A DNA stretch of 64,000 nt from Nitrososphaerota archaeon (lineage in GTDB: Archaea > Thermoproteota > Nitrososphaeria_A > Caldarchaeales > Calditenuaceae). A program made the translations under genes and the position numbers. The stretch lies in the NCBI GenBank assembly GCA_041641295.1, contig JBEPYO010000001.1, forward strand, positions 1,280,001 to 1,344,000, in the 5' to 3' direction. Under the pieces are notes generated by a model. The model made no database searches. It was not told the DNA's origin and saw only the letters and a list, made by a program, of their open reading frames with translations. Shown here piece after piece: positions 9,029 through 18,646 of this stretch (positions are counted from its first letter, which is position 1; each line of letters begins with the position of its first letter).

Positions 9029-9752
9029 CCGCTACACCTTTAGCAGCCTTGATGTAATCCCTAATCGGTGCCAGCTTCTCATAATAGGCCCTGCCCAGCA
9101 CTACTCCCCTATAGCCGATGCTCGACAGTATCTTGACCTCGCGCGGCGTAGTGATTCCACCGCTAGCGTAGATCGACCCCCTCCTCTCGGCTGGAACCTT
9201 CTCAAAAAATCTCAAGTCCGGCCCCTCCAACGTACCATCCCTCTCCACGGACGTCATCAAAATGTATTTCAGTGAGAGGTCGTCGACGAGTCTAAACCCT
9301 TCCTCAACACGCATGAGGCTCGTCATACTCCACCCCTCATAGACTATGCCCTCGCTGTTGAAGTCTAGTGCAGCGACTAACCGCTCCGGACCATAATCCC
9401 TCACAAGCTCCTTAACCAGCTCCCTATTCTTGAACAGGATGGTCCCAACAACGATCCTGTCGACCCCAATCTTAAAGACGGCTTCAACCCGCTCCCGGGT
9501 CCGGAGACCCCCACCAACCTGTACCGCTTTACCCTCTGCGTTCTTCACAATCTCTTTTAAAACTTCCATGTTGTCCCCCCTGTTCAGGGCCGCGTCAATA
9601 TCAACTACGTGGATACCGTCAATATCTGTAGAGGCCAGCTGACTCGCTACATACGCGGGGTTATTGGAGTAGACGAACATGTTTCCTAAATCTCCTTTTA
9701 TCAGCCTCACTACGCGGCCCTCAAGGATGTCAATCGAGACCCACAGCTCCAT
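9018..9752 (-). CDS. hisA: ProFAR isomerase
   Basis: SIDILEGRVVRLIKG, QVGGGLR, RDGTLEGPD; likely start at MELWV (9752). Confidence 0.92.
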   Translation of the reverse strand: MELWVSIDILEGRVVRLIKGDLGNMFVYSNNPAYVASQLASTDIDGIHVVDIDAALNRGDNMEVLKEIVKNAEGKAVQVGGGLRTRERVEAVFKIGVDRIVVGTILFKNRELVKELVRDYGPERLVAALDFNSEGIVYEGWSMTSLMRVEEGFRLVDDLSLKYILMTSVERDGTLEGPDLRFFEKVPAERRGSIYASGGITTPREVKILSSIGYRGVVLGRAYYEKLAPIRDYIKAAKGVAGAS

Positions 9753-9805
9753 GTATCCACGAATCCATCTAAAAGCCACCATAAATACACAATCCCGGCC
9801 AGCCT

Positions 9806-10843
9806 CTACACCCGCATATTTGGCCAACTCTCCATGGGCTCGGTGGATCTCACAATACGGGCCCCCATCTCCGCAAACCTTTTGAAAGCGAGTTCTGCCT
9901 CCACCGAATAGTCCACAACGCCCGGAACCACCACAGGCGAAGTGCAGTCCTCAAGCAAATATATCCTAGGGACTAGCTCAGGTCTTCTCTCCTTCACGAC
10001 CTCTATCAGGTCTGAGACAGTCCAAGCGACACAGTGACTCTTAGCCTCACCCGCAATTATGAGGGCGTCGTAGGATAGGAGCCGGTTTATGAGCTGCTCA
10101 TCCCTCTCACCTATAAGCTCCCCGCCCGGCCCACGCTTCACCTCAGGCCCCAGGGCAGAGTAGTGCTCTGTGAGCGGTGAGAAGCCCTTCGTCCTTATAA
10201 CTGGCTGGGATGCCCGTGCTATTGCGTGAAAGAACACGGCCTCCTCTACTAGCGGGACGAGAGAGTGTCCTATCCCGCCCAGCATTGCGTGGAATGGCCA
10301 GATGGTTAGCTCGTACTTCCCACTCCTCTCCAGCGTCTCAACATAATGCCTGACGTAGGACTGGAGGTACTCGAGGCTTATCCCAACTGTTCTCGCCGCC
10401 TCTGCAGACACCCTCCACCTCCCCTCTCTAATATCGTCTACTGTTATACGTGTATAGGGGTCGGGATGCCTGCCATTCTCATCCTCGAAGAAGACTGAAT
10501 GGAAGATCTGGTAAGCCTGGTGCGTATCCATCGTGGCCACTATCCCAGTTATCGAGGCCAGATTCCTGTAAATGAAAGACGCCATCCTCTGGCAGTCCTC
10601 CACCGCACCCCTACCGGAGGACCCCGCCACAAAGAGCTCAAACCCAGGCATACAGAAGGTGTTCTGAACATCTATGAGTATCAGGCATGTCCTAAACTCG
10701 TCGGCGGAGGCGGGCTTGATTGAATACTTCTTCCGCCACTCCAAAGCCTCAGCAGCCCTCTGCTGATATGGTACTCGCCAGATCTTGTCTGCTTGGGACG
10801 GGTCGAAGTGTGGGGGGTGTGGGAGCTCTTTAGCCATCAGCAT
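9806..10843 (-). CDS. Isochorismatase/nicotinamidase family cysteine hydrolase
   Basis: LIDVQNTFC, DTH, IWPFHAM, GEAKSHCV. Confidence 0.85.
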   Translation of the reverse strand: MLMAKELPHPPHFDPSQADKIWRVPYQQRAAEALEWRKKYSIKPASADEFRTCLILIDVQNTFCMPGFELFVAGSSGRGAVEDCQRMASFIYRNLASITGIVATMDTHQAYQIFHSVFFEDENGRHPDPYTRITVDDIREGRWRVSAEAARTVGISLEYLQSYVRHYVETLERSGKYELTIWPFHAMLGGIGHSLVPLVEEAVFFHAIARASQPVIRTKGFSPLTEHYSALGPEVKRGPGGELIGERDEQLINRLLSYDALIIAGEAKSHCVAWTVSDLIEVVKERRPELVPRIYLLEDCTSPVVVPGVVDYSVEAELAFKRFAEMGARIVRSTEPMESWPNMRV

Positions 10844-10900
10844 ATAGATAGACTGCCTGTCTCATATTGGCTTTTCGCAGAGGAGTAGGCTTAGATTGGT

Positions 10901-11494
10901 CTAGCTCTGTGGTGAGGATGGCTGTTCAGGAAGAGTGAAGAAGGCAACTATCTGAACTATAACTGCTACGAACAAAATTACAAATCCTATAAGAACTATC
11001 GCCAATGCAGCCCCGATAAGGTAGAGAAGACCGGTGGTGGAGAAGAGGCCGGCGCCAAGCTTCTCAGATATAGAACTATAACTCTTCCTAAGGAAGATGC
11101 TGGACACAATAGAAAAGACCCAGACGACTACTAGTGCGGCGAAAACTGCGATAAATAATCCCCAAAATAGTTGAAGTGCTTCAGGCTCTGTAAATTCTCG
11201 CGACAGACCGTCGCCGGCGAAGACCCTTGAGAAGATTTGAGCGAAGCTTGCTAGGCCGAGGGAAAAGCCAACAGCCACACCTACAGCGCCTCCCACTATA
11301 AATAGTATGATTGAGATCAGCATGTTGTTGAATATTGATGAGTCGCCCACAGCGTCAGCGATTTTTTTCACAGCTATAGCGACGAGCACTACTCCTACAA
11401 TGTAGAGTATGAAGCCCACATTTGGGGCCAGTAATAACAGCATCAGTATCGAGCCGATGCCTCCGAGGTATTTTGCATCCCTGATATTGTCCAT
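10901..11494 (-). CDS. DUF996-like multi-pass membrane protein
   Basis: AKYLGGIGSIL start, five hydrophobic segments, VAFFTLP end. Confidence 0.75.
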   Translation of the reverse strand: MDNIRDAKYLGGIGSILMLLLLAPNVGFILYIVGVVLVAIAVKKIADAVGDSSIFNNMLISIILFIVGGAVGVAVGFSLGLASFAQIFSRVFAGDGLSREFTEPEALQLFWGLFIAVFAALVVVWVFSIVSSIFLRKSYSSISEKLGAGLFSTTGLLYLIGAALAIVLIGFVILFVAVIVQIVAFFTLPEQPSSPQS

Positions 11495-11541
11495 GCCTAT
11501 CCCGTGGGTTTTTACGGGTTAATATTCCTTGCGATGCAGCG

Positions 11542-12588
11542 TCAATATCTGACCCTGGGATCAAGTATGAGGTAGAGGGACTCGAGAAGGAGTCTTGCTG
11601 CGACGTAGATTAGGCCGTACATGTAGGTTAGGGCTATTATTATCGCCTCATCTCCCCTCACGACTGCGTCGTAGTAGAGCCTTCCCATTCCAGGCCAGTT
11701 GAATATTGTCTCGGTGAGTATCGCGCCTCCGAGGGAGCCTGCGAGGCTGAAGACTACTATAGTTATGATTGGCGGTGCGGCGGGTCTCATGATGTATCTC
11801 CGTATGACGACGCCCTCGGGCAGTCCTCTAGCCTTTGCGGCCGTAACAAAATCCTCCTGCGCAACATTCAAGACAACGGTCCTTGCAGCATAGATTGATG
11901 GTCCAATGCTCACTGCCACCAGCGTTGTGAGTGGTAGTATTGAGTGCCACAGGATATCGAGCGCTATGAGGTGTGGCTCGGTGGGTGGCGGTGAGCTCAT
12001 AATACCGCCGGGTGGTAGCAGCCTCACATAGTATACGAAGACGAGCAACAGTATTATTCCGGTCCACCAGCTGGGGAGGCCGTTCGATATCGCGGCTAAA
12101 TAGACAGCTATCCTATCCATCCTGCTACCTGGGTTTAGGGCGAGTTTGAGGCCGATATAGATTCCGGCGAGCGTTGAAATCATAACGGCTGATGTAACCA
12201 GCATCACTGTGAATGGAATCCGCTCCATTACTATATCGCTGATTTTTCTGCTCCCGCTGAATCCTTCGATTACCCTTGACTCCCCTAGGTCGAGGAGTAT
12301 GACACGGCGGATTAGGTCGGGAAGCCTGAAGTACCATGGCTTGTCGAGGCCGTAGGATTCTATCAACTCTTGCCTCCGCGCCGCTAGGACGTTCTCAAGC
12401 TCTGTGGGGTCCGTTATGCGCTGTGCCAGCGTCTGCCTCAGGTTTCTCAACTCCTCGTTTATAGTCGCTGTTATGACCCGTTCGGAGAATCCGCTGACTC
12501 CCAATATCACTACAAGAATGGCGATTACCACTAAAAGGACGAGGCCAAGTGAGGCTGCCCTCACAACAAGTGGACGTGCTACGCCCAC
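11542..12588 (-). CDS. Peptide/nickel ABC transporter permease (OppB/DppB)
   Basis: YGLDKP, EAA loop FVTAAKARGL, TETIFNWPGMG. Confidence 0.92.
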   Translation of the reverse strand: MGVARPLVVRAASLGLVLLVVIAILVVILGVSGFSERVITATINEELRNLRQTLAQRITDPTELENVLAARRQELIESYGLDKPWYFRLPDLIRRVILLDLGESRVIEGFSGSRKISDIVMERIPFTVMLVTSAVMISTLAGIYIGLKLALNPGSRMDRIAVYLAAISNGLPSWWTGIILLLVFVYYVRLLPPGGIMSSPPPTEPHLIALDILWHSILPLTTLVAVSIGPSIYAARTVVLNVAQEDFVTAAKARGLPEGVVIRRYIMRPAAPPIITIVVFSLAGSLGGAILTETIFNWPGMGRLYYDAVVRGDEAIIIALTYMYGLIYVAARLLLESLYLILDPRVRY

Positions 12589-15215
12589 TACCTCCCCCTA
12601 CGCCTCAACAACACAACTGCTATAAACAAAGCAGCAGCCACGGCCACAGCGACGCCGGCATACAGGAGGATTGGCGGCTGCGCCTCGGGTGACACTGTAG
12701 CCGTTGTTATAGTCGGCCGGGTCTGAGTTGTAATTTCCCTCGTAGTCGTGGCCTCGCCCGGTATAACCCGGAGATCGCCCTCAAACTCTAGCACGGTGCC
12801 TACCTCGTCGGGATTATAGGCGACGATTGTGAGTTTGTAGAGACCGGGTCTTAGCTTGGATGAGGTCTCTGCTGGGACTTTGATTTCGTAGGCTCCTCCG
12901 CTGGTGGGTGTGGCGTCGCCGGCGGCGAATATCTCTGCTCGTGAAGCGTCTTGTATGAGGTATCTAACCTTGGTTCCCTGAGGGGCATTGAGTCTAAAGG
13001 TAATTGTTCCGCCTGTCAATGTGTTTATCTCTCCTGAGATGGGTGATGCGAGAGAGAGCTGTGGGGGCTGGGTGAATTCCGACCATCTGCCTGGGCTAAG
13101 TGGGTATGTTGGGTCTCTGAAGGCTGCCAGCTCAGCCGTCTGGCTAGGGCCGTCAAACCTAGCCAATATGAAGGGCCCCTGCCCAATCACCAAGTGCCTA
13201 TACTTTCTGAACCACTCTATAGATGCCCGATACCTGGCCTCAGCCTCGCTCCACTCCACTTGGTAGACGCCGTCAATGCTGAGAACCTTTTCAGGCAAAA
13301 ACTTGGAGGATAGAAACTCGCTCAAAACGACTTCGGCCAAGTGTCTCGAGATTCGCTCCTTGACGAGGTTTATCCACCCGAGCTCTGGGTTAAACCGCGC
13401 CGCGGCCGTGTCCGTGTAAGCGGCCTGCCTCTTATCGAAGACTAGGACATCCATGGCTAGGAGGACCTCCCAAGGCATCGAGACAGAGGTTGGGAGGGCG
13501 TACTCTGCGACAATCTCGGGCTCGAAGTGCCAGTAGTCCACGTAGACCTCGAGCTTAGACCCTTCCACTATCCTGAAGCCCTTGAAGGTTTCGAGGTATG
13601 GGCGGGATGTCACGGCTATCGCAGTCTCTATCCTGCTCTTCCGCTCGTTGTAGGCTATGTCGAATGCCTGGTAGATGGGGTATAGTATGTCTGCCCACGT
13701 TATAGGCTGGCCGTGATGCCACTTCGCGCCGATGTATTTCGAGAAGTCGTAGACAACCTTGCTCTTAGCCGAGACTCCTGCACCGACTCTACGCCACCCC
13801 CCTGACTGAGCATCCCATATGAAGGCGTCTGGGGGAACCTGAACTGTAGGCTGAGGAGAGGAGGCCTCGACTCTGAAGTCAGCTCTGAAGGGTATTGGCC
13901 TGCCGGAGAAGGGGTGGCGGGCAATTGGTGGGTCAACAATGTTGCGGTAAATGTCTACGCTGTAGACGTCGCCGAAGCCGCCGACCGGGTTCCACGCGCT
14001 CCTCCCGCCCGGAGGCTCGACCCAGAGATGACCAACTACTAGGCTCTTATCGGCCCGCTCCTTGTTGACGCTCTCCCTTAGTGTGTAGACTGAGCGTGGG
14101 CCTCCCACTATGTCTAGGATTAATGGGGCGACTGAGGGGCTTGCGGGGAAGACGCTGATGGCTGTCGCAACCCAGACCCTGACCGACTCTTGGACGCAGA
14201 GTCGCGTCATCTTTCTGAAGAGTTCGTCGCGCTCCTCTTTGCTACTGTAGTCGCCCTTGAAGAGCTTCTGACCAAGCTCGTCTAGTGTCGAGTTCTCATA
14301 CTGCCAGAACCCAACCTCCCTCCAGCCAGGCATACTGCCGAGCCAGGGTGCGCAGAACTGGTTTATGCTCCCTGCCTCGTACCGGGCTGCTCCACCCCGC
14401 CCCCAGCCCTCAGTGTATATGTGCCAGTCGAAGGCGGCTGGGTCCCTAGAATAAACCCTCTCAACAGCCGGGCCAAACTCGAGCAGTATAGGCTCAACCC
14501 TAAACCCGAGCCTCTCCAACTCGTTCCGAAGCATCTCGCCTATCTCCCTCCTCTCGTCCTCAGACCTGTAGATCAGCTTCAGGGAGATCTCCCTCCCACC
14601 ATACCTCCAGACGCCGTCCACGAGCTCGGCTCCAGCCCTCCTCATCGCCTCGGTTATCAGGGACCGCGCATAGTCCGGGTCATATCGTATCCCAAGCGAC
14701 TTGACATCCTCGAAGACTGTAACATAGTCTAGGTCGAAGGGGCTTACGAAAGAGTACATGGGCTGGGCTAGACCCTTGAAGATCACCGAGACAACCTCAT
14801 CCCTGTTTACGAGATACTGCATTGCCTGTCGGACCTCTCTGATGGAGAAGGGGTTGAGCTGGCCGCTGGGTGCTGGGGCAGGGTTGAGGAGAATAGAGTA
14901 CATTGTTGCGGGTGCTTCGATGAGCTTGATTGAGGGATCGTCCCTTAGGCGGCGCGCGAACTCTGTCTTAAGGTTGAAGAGGAATATGTCTATTCTACCC
15001 GCCTTTATCTCCCGGTCGGCTATGTCCTGTGAGCCCAGACCACGAAATATTATCTTCTCGGCTGCGGGTCCACGCAGCTCGGACTGGCCATAAGAGACTT
15101 CCAGTAAGGACAGCTGGGAGACTGTCAGCAGTATCGCAAAGGCCAATGCTGCAAGGCTCCGCATATTAGGTCTGATGAGATGAGAAGTAGGCGAATAGAT
15201 AAGCTTTGAGCACAT
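12588..15215 (-). CDS. Peptide ABC transporter substrate-binding protein (family 5), C-terminally anchored
   Basis: Signal peptide, NPFSIREVRQAM, WHHGQPITWAD, Thr-rich linker and C-terminal TM with Arg tail. Confidence 0.87.
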   Translation of the reverse strand: MCSKLIYSPTSHLIRPNMRSLAALAFAILLTVSQLSLLEVSYGQSELRGPAAEKIIFRGLGSQDIADREIKAGRIDIFLFNLKTEFARRLRDDPSIKLIEAPATMYSILLNPAPAPSGQLNPFSIREVRQAMQYLVNRDEVVSVIFKGLAQPMYSFVSPFDLDYVTVFEDVKSLGIRYDPDYARSLITEAMRRAGAELVDGVWRYGGREISLKLIYRSEDERREIGEMLRNELERLGFRVEPILLEFGPAVERVYSRDPAAFDWHIYTEGWGRGGAARYEAGSINQFCAPWLGSMPGWREVGFWQYENSTLDELGQKLFKGDYSSKEERDELFRKMTRLCVQESVRVWVATAISVFPASPSVAPLILDIVGGPRSVYTLRESVNKERADKSLVVGHLWVEPPGGRSAWNPVGGFGDVYSVDIYRNIVDPPIARHPFSGRPIPFRADFRVEASSPQPTVQVPPDAFIWDAQSGGWRRVGAGVSAKSKVVYDFSKYIGAKWHHGQPITWADILYPIYQAFDIAYNERKSRIETAIAVTSRPYLETFKGFRIVEGSKLEVYVDYWHFEPEIVAEYALPTSVSMPWEVLLAMDVLVFDKRQAAYTDTAAARFNPELGWINLVKERISRHLAEVVLSEFLSSKFLPEKVLSIDGVYQVEWSEAEARYRASIEWFRKYRHLVIGQGPFILARFDGPSQTAELAAFRDPTYPLSPGRWSEFTQPPQLSLASPISGEINTLTGGTITFRLNAPQGTKVRYLIQDASRAEIFAAGDATPTSGGAYEIKVPAETSSKLRPGLYKLTIVAYNPDEVGTVLEFEGDLRVIPGEATTTREITTQTRPTITTATVSPEAQPPILLYAGVAVAVAAALFIAVVLLRRRGR

Positions 15216-15306
15216 ACCACTAGAAAAGGCCGAGTAGCCTCTCTCACCGTATAGTATTACGGCGACTAGGTCATCGCGGCTGTAATGGTCTCGTTTTCAG
15301 TTCTTC

Positions 15307-17640
15307 TCACGCTTGGCTCGTCTCTTGACTGTCCCGCCTGGATGCTAGAGGCCTCCTAGCTATGACCACTCCAACCCACAACCCAATCGCAACGCCTGCA
15401 AGACCGGCCACTATCAACCATGCAATGTCAGGCGCGGGTGCTGGCTGTCCTTCCTGCACGGGCCTCCCCTCACTACTTGATTTTAGGGACTCGCTGATTC
15501 CTTTGACCTCCGTCAAGAGGTTTTGGAGGAGCTGTCTATCCGACTCGAGGGCGCTGATACGCTCCGCCAAGTTGTTGAACCCAAACTCAATATAGAAACT
15601 AGCAATAGCGAAGTTGCCCGTCTGGTCATAAGCCACCACCGTCTGCGGCCCCTCCGAAGTCAGTGGCGTGAATATCCGTGCTGTGAAGGAGCCCTCCTCA
15701 CTCGTCTTAGTGTATGCAACAACGCTCCCCCCGAGCTCAATGTAGATGTTGGAGTCGGGCTGGAAGTTTGAGCCAACTATCGTTATGTCTCGGCCAGCGA
15801 CGCCGCTGGGCGGTGAGACGAAGATTGAGGGAGCGGTCATAGCCCTCCTCCTAGCGAAGGCTATCTTCTGGTTTAGGCCGGTGAATTCTCCCAGCCTGCA
15901 GTCCGCCCACACCATGTATACGTCATCGGCTGTAGCTTTTATCGAGAAGTAGTCCCCGATAAATGCGCCGCCGGGGAATCCGAAGTTGGGGTTACTGTAA
16001 GAGTCCGTGACCCTCGCGCTCCCAACCCTCTGGCCGAGCTCGGGTATTTCGAACCCCCACGTCTCTCCCTTGTCGCTGGACCTAGTATAATATATGTGGT
16101 ATTTCGTCTCAACGGGGTCATCCCTCATATCACCCCACATCACGTGAATAACGCCGTTTGGGTCTACCGCTATGGATGGATAGAACTGGAGCCTGCTAGT
16201 CTCGTCGTCATTGAGCCTCTTTGGCTGTGACCATGTGGCTCCGCGGTCGAGGCTTCGAACAAAGTAGATATCACCGTCATCGAGTGGCTTGTCGGCTGGG
16301 CGGCCGGCGAATACGATGTAAACCTCTCCTCCAGGGCCTATGGCGACTTGTGGGAAGGAGGAGCCCCAGTTCCTGAAGGCCGCGTTTCGCGGAGTGAAGC
16401 CGACCTCGTTAAAGATGGCTGCCCTTACTGGTCTGCTCCAGCTCCTTCCCCCATCGTCGCTGAATGTCACGTGTATCTCTCCTAGCCCCATCGCGCTATC
16501 GTCGTCCAGCGTGTCTAGCCAGGCGACGTACACCCTCCCGTCGGGTGCAACTGCCGGCTGAGAACCTTGGACCACCCGCCTCTGAGTTGTCTCTGTCCCG
16601 AACCCTCTGACAACAACGGGGCTGACTTGGATAGGCGATGTCATCACCGTGAAGTCCGTCGAGGATTTGACCAGCTTGATGACTGACTCAATCCTTGGGT
16701 TTCCTAGGAATACGAGCTCTTCGACGTAGAATATGTCCCATACGACGGAGAACTCTGTGTATGTTACGTATATTGCGTCTCTAGTGGGGTCTGCCTTGTC
16801 GGGGCCTACTGTCATCCAAGGCTTGTCGAGGAATGAGAATGCTATGCTTCCCCTCAGCCTCCCCCTCTCATCGTATCCTATATTCCTGAAGGTGATTCCA
16901 CTCCTAGCCACTGAGACCGGCTCAGACCAAGTGAACCCTCCATCCACGCTCTTGGAAACTATTATGCTTGAGACTATCTCCTCGGCTACTGCCGCACCTA
17001 TCCTAAACTCCTCCACACCGATGGATATTGATGAGAAGTAGGCATTCCCATCTCTGTCAAAGGCTACTACAGGGTCTCCACCAGACCCTATGTCATCCCT
17101 CAAGTATCTTATCTGGCGCGGGCCTATCCACGTCTCCCCCCCGTCCAAGCTAACATAGGCGCTGACCCCGGCGAAGTTGTAGTCTATGACACCTACGAGC
17201 AAGTGGCTAGGGTTCTTCGGATTCACGGCGATGTGGGGCTCCGTCTGGACCGGAGCCCTGCTGAAGTCCCGTGTTATTAGAATGTTCCTGCTGAAGGCCG
17301 GTGCAGGGCTTCTGAATGGGACCAGTACTCCCGCAGCCCCCGGCGCCTGCAGGGCTAATGGGCCTGGGCCGAGCCCTCCTCCCTCCGCCTCAGCCCTCCT
17401 CCCTCCAGGCTCCTCACCCGTCTCGCCTAGCCTCAGCAACGGGTCTTCCCCACGCGCTACTACGCCCAGCCTTCCCGTCAAGAGTTTTGAGACGAGTTTA
17501 GTTGACTGAAACTCTATCCTCGCTCCGCCGCCTAGATTAGCCTCTTGGAGGGAAAGGGCTACTGGTAGTACTAACGCAATTGCCATGAATATTGCGAGTA
17601 TAGGTGCTGCTAGCCTCTGCATGTTATAAAAACGCAACAT
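15307..17640 (-). CDS. Secreted BNR/Asp-box repeat (sialidase-like beta-propeller) protein with C-terminal anchor
   Basis: Repeated SxDGGxTW boxes (SLDGGETW, SVDGGFTW, SDDGGRSW, SLDRGATW, SSDKGETW), FIGDY, C-terminal TM. Confidence 0.82.
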   Translation of the reverse strand: MLRFYNMQRLAAPILAIFMAIALVLPVALSLQEANLGGGARIEFQSTKLVSKLLTGRLGVVARGEDPLLRLGETGEEPGGRRAEAEGGGLGPGPLALQAPGAAGVLVPFRSPAPAFSRNILITRDFSRAPVQTEPHIAVNPKNPSHLLVGVIDYNFAGVSAYVSLDGGETWIGPRQIRYLRDDIGSGGDPVVAFDRDGNAYFSSISIGVEEFRIGAAVAEEIVSSIIVSKSVDGGFTWSEPVSVARSGITFRNIGYDERGRLRGSIAFSFLDKPWMTVGPDKADPTRDAIYVTYTEFSVVWDIFYVEELVFLGNPRIESVIKLVKSSTDFTVMTSPIQVSPVVVRGFGTETTQRRVVQGSQPAVAPDGRVYVAWLDTLDDDSAMGLGEIHVTFSDDGGRSWSRPVRAAIFNEVGFTPRNAAFRNWGSSFPQVAIGPGGEVYIVFAGRPADKPLDDGDIYFVRSLDRGATWSQPKRLNDDETSRLQFYPSIAVDPNGVIHVMWGDMRDDPVETKYHIYYTRSSDKGETWGFEIPELGQRVGSARVTDSYSNPNFGFPGGAFIGDYFSIKATADDVYMVWADCRLGEFTGLNQKIAFARRRAMTAPSIFVSPPSGVAGRDITIVGSNFQPDSNIYIELGGSVVAYTKTSEEGSFTARIFTPLTSEGPQTVVAYDQTGNFAIASFYIEFGFNNLAERISALESDRQLLQNLLTEVKGISESLKSSSEGRPVQEGQPAPAPDIAWLIVAGLAGVAIGLWVGVVIARRPLASRRDSQETSQA

Positions 17641-17719
17641 ACAGCCCTATTAACGTATAGCCATCTAACACTTAGTCTTAAGTAGCCGTTATGCCGACAT
17701 AGGCTATGAGGTCTGAGCC

Positions 17720-18646
17720 ATGAGGATTGTTAGGATCCAAACACCGCGTGGAGGTGCTAGACTGGGGGTCGTGGTTGATGATGAGGTGGTTCTGCTGCCC
17801 GAGAGTCGCTACGGCTCAGGGAGAGGCATTCTAACACTCTTCCGCGAGGCCGCGCGGAAGGGTATGAGTGTGGCCCAGTATCTGGAGCGGAGGCTAAGCG
17901 TGGGTGGGAGGTTGAAGAGGATCGGCTACTCTGATGTCGCTGAGGGCAGGCTAAAGGGCTTCCGCCTCCTGATCCCCATCGTTCCGCCTGAGGTCTGGGG
18001 TGCTGGTGTAACATATCTCAGGAGTCGGGAAGCCCGTGAATACGAGACAAAGGCTAAGGGGATCTACGACCTCGTATACGAGGCCGAGCGGCCAGAGATC
18101 TTCTTCAAGGCCACACCCTCCCGCTGCGTCGGGCCAGGTGATGTCGCATACATACGTGGCGACTCGAAATGGTCTGTGCCTGAGCCGGAGCTGGCGCTGG
18201 TCCTCGGCCCAAGACACGAGATAATAGGATACACTGTAGGCAACGACATCTCGGCCAGAGACATCGAGGGCGAAAACCCCCTCTACCTGCCCCAGGCCAA
18301 GATCTACAAGGGAAGCTGTGCGCTGGGCCCGGCAATAGCCCTGCCTGAAACGGTTGGAGACCCCAAAAACCTCAAGATCGAGATGAGGATTCTACGGGGA
18401 GGGTCTGAGGTCTTCAGAGGCTCTGTGAGCACTTCGAGCATGAAGAGGGGGTTGGATGAGCTTGTAGGCTTCCTGACCAGGGACAATGTCATCCCCGCAG
18501 GCACCGTGTTGCTGACTGGGACTGGAATAGTTCCTCCGGACGAGTTCACGCTAGAGAGTGGGGATGTGGTGGAGATAGAGATTGAGAAGATTGGTCTGCT
18601 TCGGAACAGGATTGAGCGGCTTAGTAGCCGAGGTAGACGGTCTTAA
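17720..18646 (+). CDS. FAH-family protein, likely 2-keto-3-deoxypentonate dehydratase (KdaD/XylX type)
   Basis: PEVWGAGVTYLRSR, RPEIFFKA, PEPEL, IEGENPLYLPQAKIY. Confidence 0.85.
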   Translation: MRIVRIQTPRGGARLGVVVDDEVVLLPESRYGSGRGILTLFREAARKGMSVAQYLERRLSVGGRLKRIGYSDVAEGRLKGFRLLIPIVPPEVWGAGVTYLRSREAREYETKAKGIYDLVYEAERPEIFFKATPSRCVGPGDVAYIRGDSKWSVPEPELALVLGPRHEIIGYTVGNDISARDIEGENPLYLPQAKIYKGSCALGPAIALPETVGDPKNLKIEMRILRGGSEVFRGSVSTSSMKRGLDELVGFLTRDNVIPAGTVLLTGTGIVPPDEFTLESGDVVEIEIEKIGLLRNRIERLSSRGRRS

